Below are positions 35,790-43,751 of a DNA stretch of 64,000 nucleotides, piece by piece. Made by a program: the position numbers and the translations under genes. The notes under the pieces are model-generated. The model saw only the letters and a program-made list of their open reading frames with translations, was not told the DNA's origin and searched no databases. Source of the DNA: an uncultured virus (IMG/VR IMGVR_UViG_3300042691_048032) (Duplodnaviria; Heunggongvirae; Uroviricota; Caudoviricetes). The stretch lies in IMG/VR virus record IMGVR_UViG_3300042691_048032. The stretch is one strand, 5' to 3'. Positions within the stretch are counted from its first letter, which is position 1; every line of letters begins with the position of its first letter.

Positions 35790-37151
35790 ATGTCCAACGA
35801 CAAAGCACGAATCAGCGAACTGCAGAACGCGCTTCGCAAGAAGATGGCCGACAACAAGGCCATCGCCGATTCCTTCAAGGTCGAGGAAGGCACCGTCGTG
35901 GTGTCGACCGAGCAGAAGGCGGCCTTCGACGCCAACATGCGCGACATCAAGGAAATCAAGGGCCTGATCGAGGGCCTCGAGTCCATGGGAGAGGTCAGCT
36001 CGTGGTCGAGCGAGCCCGCCGGCGACTCGGTTGGAGCAGCCGCGGCCGCCGGTTCGGCGGCCCGCCCCTCGTACGGCGCCAAGAGCCTCGGACAGCTGTT
36101 CATCGACTCGCCCGAGTTCAAGTCGCTCAACGGCGGCAAGAACGGCGCGAACATGCCCAGCCCGTTCATCCTCAACTCCGGAGACATCACCGGATCCGGC
36201 TGGGGACAGAAGGACGTGTACAGCGGCTTGCTCGACACGACCGGCCTTTCGTTCACCGGTTTCGGAACCCGTGAGCGCGACCCGCTGGTGATCCCGCCGA
36301 TGAGGACCCGTCGCGTCCGCGACCTCTTCCCGGCCCGCACCACCACCGCGGCCGTCATCGAGTACTTCCGCCAGCTGGGCTTCACCACCCCGCCGGTGGA
36401 TCCGGCAACCGGCTACCGCGACACCAACGCCGCCGCCCCCGTGGCACAGCGCAGCGGTGGAGCCTTCGCCTCGAAGCCGCAGTCGTCCATGATCTTCGAG
36501 GGTCACCAGGCCCCCGTCCGCACGCTGGCCCACTGGGAAGCCGCGCACCGCAACGTGCTGGCCGACGAGCCCCAGCTGCGCTCGATCATCGACAACGAGC
36601 TCCTCTACGGTCTCCGTCTGCAGGAGGACTACCAGATCCTCCAGGGCGACGGCACCGGCGAGAACCTGCTCGGCGTGCTCGAGACCCCCGGCGTGCAGGA
36701 GTACGCATGGGCCGATGGAGCCACGACCCCCGTCCCGGACACCAAGGCTGACGCGCTTCGCCGCGCCGCCACCCTGGCGTTCTTGGCCTACTACGAGCCG
36801 ACCGGCGTCGTTCTCCACCCGAACGACTGGGAAGACATCGAGCTGACCAAGAACACGCAGGGCACCTACCTCATGGCCGTGTCCATGCAGGTCGGCTCCG
36901 AGGCGAGGATCTGGCGCATGCCGGTCATCGACACCCCCGCCATCCCCGAGGGCACGGCTCTCGTCGGAGCCTTCGGCACCGGCGCCCAGCTGTACGACCG
37001 CGAGCAGGCGAACATCAGGATCAGCGAGCAGCACGCGGACTTCTTCGTCCGCAACGCCATCGTCATCCTCGCCGAGCAGCGTCTGGCCCTGGCCGTCAAG
37101 CGTCCCGAGGCGTTCGTCAAGGTGGACTTCACCACCGGCGCACCCGACTGA
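35790..37151 (+). CDS. major capsid protein (HK97 fold with N-terminal delta domain)
   Basis: Coiled-coil N-terminus, RVRDLFP, KPQS, TLAHW, QILQGDGTGENLLG, VLHPNDW, FVRNAIVILAEQRLALAVKRPEAFV. Confidence 0.95.
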   Translation: MSNDKARISELQNALRKKMADNKAIADSFKVEEGTVVVSTEQKAAFDANMRDIKEIKGLIEGLESMGEVSSWSSEPAGDSVGAAAAAGSAARPSYGAKSLGQLFIDSPEFKSLNGGKNGANMPSPFILNSGDITGSGWGQKDVYSGLLDTTGLSFTGFGTRERDPLVIPPMRTRRVRDLFPARTTTAAVIEYFRQLGFTTPPVDPATGYRDTNAAAPVAQRSGGAFASKPQSSMIFEGHQAPVRTLAHWEAAHRNVLADEPQLRSIIDNELLYGLRLQEDYQILQGDGTGENLLGVLETPGVQEYAWADGATTPVPDTKADALRRAATLAFLAYYEPTGVVLHPNDWEDIELTKNTQGTYLMAVSMQVGSEARIWRMPVIDTPAIPEGTALVGAFGTGAQLYDREQANIRISEQHADFFVRNAIVILAEQRLALAVKRPEAFVKVDFTTGAPD

Positions 37152-37188
37152 CCCAGACGGAGTGAGTGGGGAGCGATCCCCCGAAGGA

Positions 37189-37216
37189 AAGGCCCCCGGA
37201 GAAATCCGGGGGCCTT
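37189..37216. terminator. hairpin terminator between convergent genes
   Basis: AAGGCCCCCGGA-GAAA-TCCGGGGGCCTT perfect 12-bp stem. Confidence 0.85.
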
Positions 37217-37229
37217 CCTCGTTCTCGGG

Positions 37230-37610
37230 CTACTGCTTCCTGCCGTTCGCTATCGCCATCGTGTCGCCGCAACCGCGGAGCAGCATGACGGCGTCCTCCG
37301 TGGTGTTGGACGGGTCGTCCTCCCACGCGTAGATGTCACCCGTCTCGGAGTCGACGCACTCCCACGCCAACAGAGCGGCGGGGCGTGTCGTCTGCGGGAC
37401 GTCCGTGGCTATTGCCTCTGGGTCATCGCTCAACTTCTTCCACGGGACGCCGGACGCGACCATGATCGCCCCGACGACGCTGACCGTCCCCGTTGCCCTG
37501 TTCCTGACCGCCCCTCTGCAGAGACCCCTCGTCGCCACCTCCCGCGCCGCGACCATGAGGATCGCCGACGCACGGGAGGTGTTCAGTTCAGAGAACGGCA
37601 CTTCGGTCAC
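37230..37610 (-). CDS. hypothetical protein (DUF6197-like)
   Basis: ILMVAAREVATRGLCRG...SVVGAI...IYAWEDDP...AVMLLR; GTGA coupling with nrdJ. Confidence 0.6.
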   Translation of the reverse strand: MTEVPFSELNTSRASAILMVAAREVATRGLCRGAVRNRATGTVSVVGAIMVASGVPWKKLSDDPEAIATDVPQTTRPAALLAWECVDSETGDIYAWEDDPSNTTEDAVMLLRGCGDTMAIANGRKQ

Positions 37611-39526
37611 TTGACGGGGCAGGCCCCAGTCGCGCAGTCGTCGAGGTCGATGGACATCAGCCCCGCCTCCTCGGAGAGGGCGACGGAGAAGTCGATCTTG
37701 GAGAAGAGCTTCTCGTACTGCTCCTTGCTGACCTCCTCGTACGGGGGGAGCGGGAAGTTGTGGTCGGCGTGCAGGAGGAAGGAGACGCTCTTGACGCTGT
37801 TGTCGTAGTTCTCCTTGAGCCACTCCTTGATGGCGGGTAGTTCCTCCTTGCGGTAGTAGACGGTGACGGAGACGGCGTTGTCGGCCCAGTCCGTCTGCAT
37901 CCGCTTGACCCACTCGAGTTGCTCGACGGCCGTCATGTCGGCGGCGAGGACGGAACCCTCGGGCGACTGGCACGGGAACTCGACGACCCATCTGGTGTGG
38001 TCCTCGCGCCCGTCGAGCCCGACGTCGGGGACGACCTTGTAGCCGCGCTTGCGACACTTGTCCACGAGCGGATCGGCGGCGCCGAACCGCACCCTGCGGA
38101 TGTAGTACTTGGCGAAGGCGGGGTGGATGCCGGGGGTGACGCCGGGCAGGAGCGAGAGTGTTCCCGACGGCTGGACCGTGGTCAGCCTCACGGACGGCGT
38201 GATGCCGGTCTGCTCCGAGAACCACTCGTCGTACTGCCTCAGGGCGTCGTACGCCTCGGGGAGCCACGAGAGTTGCTCGGGGGTGCATTGGAGGACTCCG
38301 GTGACCGACTGCCCGAGCCTGCGGTTCTTGTGGACCATCTTGGTGGTCTTCTCGTACGGGTACTCCATGGAGGTGACCGCCTTCTGCACCTTGTACAGGA
38401 GGCGCGAGATCTCCAGCAGGTCGTCCTTGGAGTTGATGTTCGGGAGGAAGATGGTTGACAGGTTGCAGGACTCGCCGTCGGCGAGGCCGATCTCGGCGCA
38501 CGGGTTGAAGCCGTCGATTGTCGGGTCGGGTCGGTTCTCGCCGAGCCTGCCGACCTTCCTGGCCAGACCCCTGTTGATGAGTCCGTACGGCTCCCCCGAT
38601 CCGTCGTAGCCGCGCCACAACTCGGAGAGGATGTGGTCGTAGGAGTCGGCGTAGACGCTGTTGTTGCTGTTTGCCCTCCACGCCGGGACGGAGCCGCTGG
38701 ACCAGTTCTTGGCCCTGAGGAACAGGACGTCGTCGGGATCGCCAATGGCGATCTGGGCAGAACGGCGGGACGAGCCGGAGATGACGATCCTGCCGATGAT
38801 GTTGCAGATGTCGAGGACGTCGACCGACCTGAGCTTCTTGCCCGCGCGGGCCTCCATGACCTTGCAGATGTCCGTGATCCCGTCGATGAGCGCGCCCGGG
38901 CCGGAGGCGGTGCCGCCGAAGGTCTTGAGGGGTGCGCCGAACTCCCTGACGAGGATCGTCGAGTAGGTGAACGACTTGCCGGTGTAGAAGTACGACTTCA
39001 GCACGGAGTGGACGAGCTTGCGCCACCCCTGCCTGCTGTCGGGGACGATGATGTCGGCGTCGTTGGTGCGTTCGTGGGCGATGGACACCCCGGTCTTCAC
39101 CTTGGGCATCTCGTGGATGCGGGAACGCTCCACGGAGTAGCCCACACCGCCACCGAGCATCAGGTAGTCGAACAGCAGCTCGAAGTCCTCAATCTTCTCC
39201 ATGTTGACGAAGTAGCAGTTGTTGAGGCTGGTCCCGTTGTACTTGTTGACGAGCGGTGTACCGAGTTGCCAGAGTGCGCGCCCGGAGAGCGAACACCTGA
39301 GGTTGAAGATGTGGTCGAAGAGCCTCTCGGCCTCGTCGTCGGTCAGGTTCGCACCGATCTGGATGGCCCCGTTGATACAGCGCTCAATCGTCTCGGGCCA
39401 GGTCTCCTTCCTCCCCTCGACGTCGCGCGCGTACGTGCGCAGGTAGACGATCTCGCCGAGGCCACTGAAGCCCCACGGTGCTTGACGGTTGGTGTAGGAG
39501 GACACGAAGTCCTTGGAGAGTGCCAT
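37607..39526 (-). CDS. nrdJ: class II (AdoCbl-dependent) ribonucleoside-triphosphate reductase
   Basis: YLRTYAR, GRALW, LNNC, GGGVG, RRSAQIAIG, NPCAEI, CNL, TTVQPSGT, C-terminal CATGACP. Confidence 0.95.
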   Translation of the reverse strand: MALSKDFVSSYTNRQAPWGFSGLGEIVYLRTYARDVEGRKETWPETIERCINGAIQIGANLTDDEAERLFDHIFNLRCSLSGRALWQLGTPLVNKYNGTSLNNCYFVNMEKIEDFELLFDYLMLGGGVGYSVERSRIHEMPKVKTGVSIAHERTNDADIIVPDSRQGWRKLVHSVLKSYFYTGKSFTYSTILVREFGAPLKTFGGTASGPGALIDGITDICKVMEARAGKKLRSVDVLDICNIIGRIVISGSSRRSAQIAIGDPDDVLFLRAKNWSSGSVPAWRANSNNSVYADSYDHILSELWRGYDGSGEPYGLINRGLARKVGRLGENRPDPTIDGFNPCAEIGLADGESCNLSTIFLPNINSKDDLLEISRLLYKVQKAVTSMEYPYEKTTKMVHKNRRLGQSVTGVLQCTPEQLSWLPEAYDALRQYDEWFSEQTGITPSVRLTTVQPSGTLSLLPGVTPGIHPAFAKYYIRRVRFGAADPLVDKCRKRGYKVVPDVGLDGREDHTRWVVEFPCQSPEGSVLAADMTAVEQLEWVKRMQTDWADNAVSVTVYYRKEELPAIKEWLKENYDNSVKSVSFLLHADHNFPLPPYEEVSKEQYEKLFSKIDFSVALSEEAGLMSIDLDDCATGACPVK

Positions 39527-39572
39527 TGGCCTGCCATCCCTTGCTGTGTTGATTGTTGGTTTGCTTGTTTCG

Positions 39573-39896
39573 TCAGATAATGCCGAGTTCCTCGGCCTTG
39601 CTCTTCGGCATGTATGCCCCCGCCTTGGCGACGAGGACGCGGGTCTTCGTCATGGAGGAAAGGGCCACCTCCCGGTAGACGTCCCTCTCGACGCGGACCA
39701 TCTGCTCCTCCGCGGTCTTCTCCGCCAAGGGGGCAAACTGTACACGGATGCTGGGCGGTGGAGGGGCGTCGGGTGAATGGCTCACGCAGTCGCCCGTCGG
39801 GTGGCCGCAGATGATGCACGGCTGCCTGTCGGCCCTCAGTATCGAGACGCCGTCAAGGATCGTTTCCGATGATCCGGAGCCGCTGGAGGAGAACAT
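39573..39896 (-). CDS. hypothetical protein with CxxCGH...C motif
   Basis: CIICGHPTGDC; start uncertain (39896 or 39989). Confidence 0.65.
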   Translation of the reverse strand: MFSSSGSGSSETILDGVSILRADRQPCIICGHPTGDCVSHSPDAPPPPSIRVQFAPLAEKTAEEQMVRVERDVYREVALSSMTKTRVLVAKAGAYMPKSKAEELGII

Positions 39897-40060
39897 GACA
39901 CCGAACTTACCGCGGTCGCTCGCGCCATCGGAAACCGAAAAGTGGTAGTGTTCGCGACCGCTTTCGCGGCGGTGAATCATTGACGCCAAACGGCTTGCGA
40001 ACCTCCGCCCGGGTGCTATTGTCGGGGGGAGCAGTACCTACCTAACCACTGAGAGGTGAC

Positions 40061-41386
40061 ATGAACAGACCCAAGGTTCTTTCGCTCTTCAGCGGCGCCG
40101 GCGGACTAGATCTCGGGCTTGAGCGGGCCGGGATGGAAGTCGTCGCGCTGTGCGAGATCGACCCCAAGGCGAAGATGGTGCTGCGCAAGCACTGGCCACA
40201 CACCCACATCTATGACGACGTAAGAGAGGTAACCCGTGAACGACTCATCGCAGACGGCATCGCCCGCCCAGACATTGTGGCAGGAGGAAGTCCCTGTCAG
40301 GACCTCTCCGTTGCCGGACGTCGTAAGGGACTTGATGGATCTCGCTCAGGGCTCTTCTGGGAGCAGTGCCGGATCTCCGACGAAATCGGGGCGGACATCC
40401 TCTGGGAGAACGTCCCCGGCGCCCTATCTAGTAACAACGGAGCCGACTTCGCTGCCGTGCTGTGGGGAATCACAGGAGCACTCGTCGAGCTGCCCCCTAA
40501 GCAGAAGTGGGCCAAGTCCGGCGTCCTGGTGGGACCAAAGCGGACAGCCATCTGGCGTGTTGCCGATGCCCAACGTTTCGGAGTTCCCCAACGACGGCGT
40601 CGTATCTACGTTGTCGGATGTTCTGGAACCGTGGCACGAGGGCTTGCGCCGCTACTGCTTGAGTGCGCGGGCGGCCAAGGGAATCATCAGGCGGGCCGAG
40701 AGGCGGGGACGAGAGCTCCCCGAACCGTTGCGGACGGCTCTGACGACTCTAGCGGCCCAGGAGCCGGACGAGGAATCACCGACGGAGGACTGACCGCCTG
40801 GGTCAAATCCAAGCGGGCATCGTCCAACACGGACGACGACACGTGGCGCGACCAGCCGGTCAGCCCGACCCTCAACGCGTTCGACAACTCCGGGGAATCG
40901 CGGGCGACCGTGCTCACCGTCCAGGAGGGGGTGCTCCCGTTCACCGAGAACAGGTTCGCCCAGTACGCCGAGGGAGTCGGGGCGTTGCGCGCCTCGGGAG
41001 GGACGCTCGGCGGCGGGTCCGAGACATTGTTGATCGACAACGCAGGGGTTGCCGCCTGCCTGAGGAGCGGGGGCGACGGCGGTGTCCCATCCAGCAGGGG
41101 GGAGAACCTCGTCGTCCAGCAGGACCGGATCGCCGACACGATCGGCTTCTCGCACACCCAGGGTCTTGACCACCAAGCGTCGACCGAGGCCTTCCCGACG
41201 CTGAGGGCCGAGGGCGGCGGGCACGCCGTCATGTACGACACCAGGTCGACCGTCCTCTTCCAGCAGAACCAGCGGGACGAGGTCAGGATCATGCCGGGGT
41301 ACGCCGGCTCGCTCAACGCCGAGAACGGCATGCACAACACCAACTTTCTCGTGCAACCGCAAGAGGACGACGGTGCCGACATCTGA
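40061..41386 (+). CDS. C5 cytosine DNA methyltransferase, N-terminal catalytic part (motifs I-VIII) plus 5 TL-type modules
   Basis: LFSGAGG, GSPCQDLS, ENVPG, QRRRRIY; motifs IX/X absent. Confidence 0.9.
   Translation: MNRPKVLSLFSGAGGLDLGLERAGMEVVALCEIDPKAKMVLRKHWPHTHIYDDVREVTRERLIADGIARPDIVAGGSPCQDLSVAGRRKGLDGSRSGLFWEQCRISDEIGADILWENVPGALSSNNGADFAAVLWGITGALVELPPKQKWAKSGVLVGPKRTAIWRVADAQRFGVPQRRRRIYVVGCSGTVARGLAPLLLECAGGQGNHQAGREAGTRAPRTVADGSDDSSGPGAGRGITDGGLTAWVKSKRASSNTDDDTWRDQPVSPTLNAFDNSGESRATVLTVQEGVLPFTENRFAQYAEGVGALRASGGTLGGGSETLLIDNAGVAACLRSGGDGGVPSSRGENLVVQQDRIADTIGFSHTQGLDHQASTEAFPTLRAEGGGHAVMYDTRSTVLFQQNQRDEVRIMPGYAGSLNAENGMHNTNFLVQPQEDDGADI
40236..40793 (+). CDS. overprinted alternate-frame methyltransferase subunit (M.EcoHK31I beta-like)
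   Basis: GAGGT RBS before GTG; C-terminus STLSDVLE...RYCLSARAAKGIIRRAERRGRELPEPLRTAL. Confidence 0.7.
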   Translation: MNDSSQTASPAQTLWQEEVPVRTSPLPDVVRDLMDLAQGSSGSSAGSPTKSGRTSSGRTSPAPYLVTTEPTSLPCCGESQEHSSSCPLSRSGPSPASWWDQSGQPSGVLPMPNVSEFPNDGVVSTLSDVLEPWHEGLRRYCLSARAAKGIIRRAERRGRELPEPLRTALTTLAAQEPDEESPTED

Positions 41387-41993
41387 TGGGTACAACAACT
41401 GTTTCACACCGTGGCCGGACATGGGGCAGGCGATCCGCGTCTACGCAGACGACGGGCCTTCGCCGACCCTTTCCTCGCACCACGTACTCGTCCTGCATCG
41501 TGTGATCGTGGCCAGCGAAGAGAACGACCCGTCCCTCTTCAGGAGGCAGAACTTCGGTTCCTACGTGGAGAGCGAACACACACAGGCACTCCTCGCCCGC
41601 GACTACAAGGAGGGGACCGACCTCGTCGTCCAGCCCGTTTGGTGGGACGGAGGGGAAACCGCCCCGACCCTGACCGCAAAGGGCTCCGACCAGAGGATGC
41701 CCGACAAGGGGCAGTTGTTCGCGGTGCTGCAGGCCGTGCCGATCCAGGACGGGCGGGAGATCGAGAAGAAGCAGAACGGCTTCGGCATAGGCGAGCCGGG
41801 CGACCCGATGTACACGCTGGACACCACCGGCGCACAGGCGGTCGGTTACGTGCTGTGCTTCGACGGCAAGCGGAACGACGACTTCAGGATGTTCGAGGAC
41901 TACTACCCGACGCTGACGCAGATGATGGGTACGGGGGGCAACAATGTCCCCATGATCATCCACGACATCCCTGGCGACGGGGTGTCCCGATGA
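41373..41993 (+). CDS. protein made only of MTase TRD-like (TL) modules
   Basis: PSPTL, ALLARDYK, APTLTA, PMYTLDTTGAQAV, PTLTQMMGTGGNNVP; overlaps the upstream stop. Confidence 0.75.
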   Translation: MPTSDGYNNCFTPWPDMGQAIRVYADDGPSPTLSSHHVLVLHRVIVASEENDPSLFRRQNFGSYVESEHTQALLARDYKEGTDLVVQPVWWDGGETAPTLTAKGSDQRMPDKGQLFAVLQAVPIQDGREIEKKQNGFGIGEPGDPMYTLDTTGAQAVGYVLCFDGKRNDDFRMFEDYYPTLTQMMGTGGNNVPMIIHDIPGDGVSR

Positions 41994-42376
41994 CCAAATA
42001 CGAAAGGGTGCCGCCAGAGGGCGATGACGACACGGTCGCCGCCCTGACGGTCTCCGACCTGGTGAAGGGACAGGGCAACAACCAGTCCATGATGTCCGGC
42101 TACCTCCAGGTGTACGCACTCCCGCAGGCGTTCTCGGTCAGGGAGGATGCGAAGGCGAACAACTTCCACGCCACCCCGACGGACACCGCGCTGTGCGTGA
42201 ACGCCCTCAGGCCGTCACCGCAGTCGCACCACGCACAGATCTTCATCGTTCAGGCGGAAGTGCCGTGCCAAGTCGACGGCTCGCCCATCGCCTCCACGCT
42301 CAGGGGTTTCGGGCACGGCTGGCAGGGCCAGCACAACTCAACCAACGCAGTCGTACAGGATGCGGAGGAGGGGTGA
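41990..42376 (+). CDS. protein made only of MTase TRD-like (TL) modules
   Basis: ATGA coupling; VAALTV, ALRPSPQSHHAQ, IASTLRG. Confidence 0.75.
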   Translation: MTKYERVPPEGDDDTVAALTVSDLVKGQGNNQSMMSGYLQVYALPQAFSVREDAKANNFHATPTDTALCVNALRPSPQSHHAQIFIVQAEVPCQVDGSPIASTLRGFGHGWQGQHNSTNAVVQDAEEG

Positions 42377-43545
42377 GCGACGTTTACGGCTACGACGAGT
42401 ACAACGACTCCATCGCCGAAGAACTACACCATTCCCTGAGGGCCGGCACGAGGCAGTCCGTCGGTGTCGTACACCCACTCCCGGATGGCGTCAAGTTATT
42501 CGAGCCGATGTCGATGCGCGAGGAGAACTGGGCCGAGAGCGAGGTCAAGAACGCCCTCAGGGCCGGTGCCTCGAAGTCGTCCCACGCCGTCGTCTGCGAG
42601 GCCGTGGAGTCGGAGGAGCCGCAGGCGATCGCCTTCACCACGGAGCAGACCCCCAAGTTCTCGCCCGACCTGGCGTTCACCCTCACGGGCGGTTCGCCGT
42701 CGGGCGGTGGCCAGCCACAGTCCGTCATGCAGCGCGTCCAGATGCTCAACTTCCAGGGGAGCAAGGGGAACACCGTCGTGTCGGACGACGGGCAGTCATT
42801 CACCCTCAACGCTATGCACGGCCACGACGTCCACGTCATCGCCTACAACATCATGGGCGCACCGCCGAGGGAGCCAGACAGGCCCAACGGCGGCTACTAC
42901 GTCAACGAGACGCAGGTGACCAAGACGCTCGACGCCTTCGGCGACGGTCTCAACCCGAGCGTCAACCAGGGCGGCCTCGCCATAGTGACCAGGTCGTGGC
43001 CTGTGTCTTTCAGGGGAAGGGACGGAGGAATGACCGCAGAACAGGGCGAGGAGGGGATCGCCAACACGATCAGGGCTGGGCAGGGCGGGAGCGTCCGCCC
43101 CCATGTCCTGATCAGCGAAGGCCCCGTGGGCACGCTCACCACGGACATGGGTACGAAGATGCAGGTCAACAACCAGTCCGTCGACAGCAATCACCTCCAG
43201 GTCTTCGCGGAAATCGTGCAAGACCCGGCAGGAACGGGTACTATCGGCACGACGGCGGGGCTGCCCGCCATAGACATGATTGACAAAGAAGGGAATGACA
43301 TGACCGCAAACTCGAACGCACTGGTAGTGAGGCGCCTGACCCCGCTGGAATGTGAGTTGCTCATGGGATGGGAGCCGGGCTGGACCGAGGTCGGCATCAC
43401 CGAGAAGGGCGAACTCGTCGAGATGGCCGACACGCATCGCTACAGGATGTGCGGCAACGGTGTCGTCTCCAATGTCGCCCACTGGATCGGGGCAAGGTAT
43501 GTCGCGTCCAAGCAGGCCGCGGGTGAATCGGTCGGTTCGTGGTAG
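42373..43545 (+). CDS. C5 DNA methyltransferase, C-terminal part (about 8 TL modules plus motifs IX-X)
   Basis: GGAGGAG RBS and GTGA coupling; VRRLTPLECELLMGWEPGWT...RYRMCGNGV. Confidence 0.88.
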   Translation: MSDVYGYDEYNDSIAEELHHSLRAGTRQSVGVVHPLPDGVKLFEPMSMREENWAESEVKNALRAGASKSSHAVVCEAVESEEPQAIAFTTEQTPKFSPDLAFTLTGGSPSGGGQPQSVMQRVQMLNFQGSKGNTVVSDDGQSFTLNAMHGHDVHVIAYNIMGAPPREPDRPNGGYYVNETQVTKTLDAFGDGLNPSVNQGGLAIVTRSWPVSFRGRDGGMTAEQGEEGIANTIRAGQGGSVRPHVLISEGPVGTLTTDMGTKMQVNNQSVDSNHLQVFAEIVQDPAGTGTIGTTAGLPAIDMIDKEGNDMTANSNALVVRRLTPLECELLMGWEPGWTEVGITEKGELVEMADTHRYRMCGNGVVSNVAHWIGARYVASKQAAGESVGSW

Positions 43546-43751
43546 GCGAGGACGACATCGTCTCCCGGGCGGAGGCGAGGGTCAACCTGGTCCTGTGGGG
43601 AGACCCGAAGGACTCCTTCTCGGCGAGGGAACTCCTGTTTGTCGTTGACCTACCCGCACTGATTGCGGAGGTGAAGAGGCTTCGCACGGCACTCGAGGAA
43701 TCGTCTTCCGAGGTTGAGACCCTCAAGAGGTTCGCCTCTTACGGCGGTTAG
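43539..43751 (+). CDS. hypothetical protein
   Basis: DLPALIAEVKRLR motif common in small phage proteins. Confidence 0.6.
   Translation: MVGEDDIVSRAEARVNLVLWGDPKDSFSARELLFVVDLPALIAEVKRLRTALEESSSEVETLKRFASYGG

Noticed and set aside
37611..39026. N-terminal ~470 aa of the 598-aa ORF 37230-39026
   Set aside because: Off-frame read-through of nrdJ; only the last 126 codons from the GTG at 37610 look coding.
41373..42376. Interpretation of the MTase breaks as sequencing frameshifts or a pseudogene
   Set aside because: All three breaks fall between modules and form tidy start/stop overlaps, two with RBS-like motifs, and catalytic motifs are intact; read-level confirmation is still needed.
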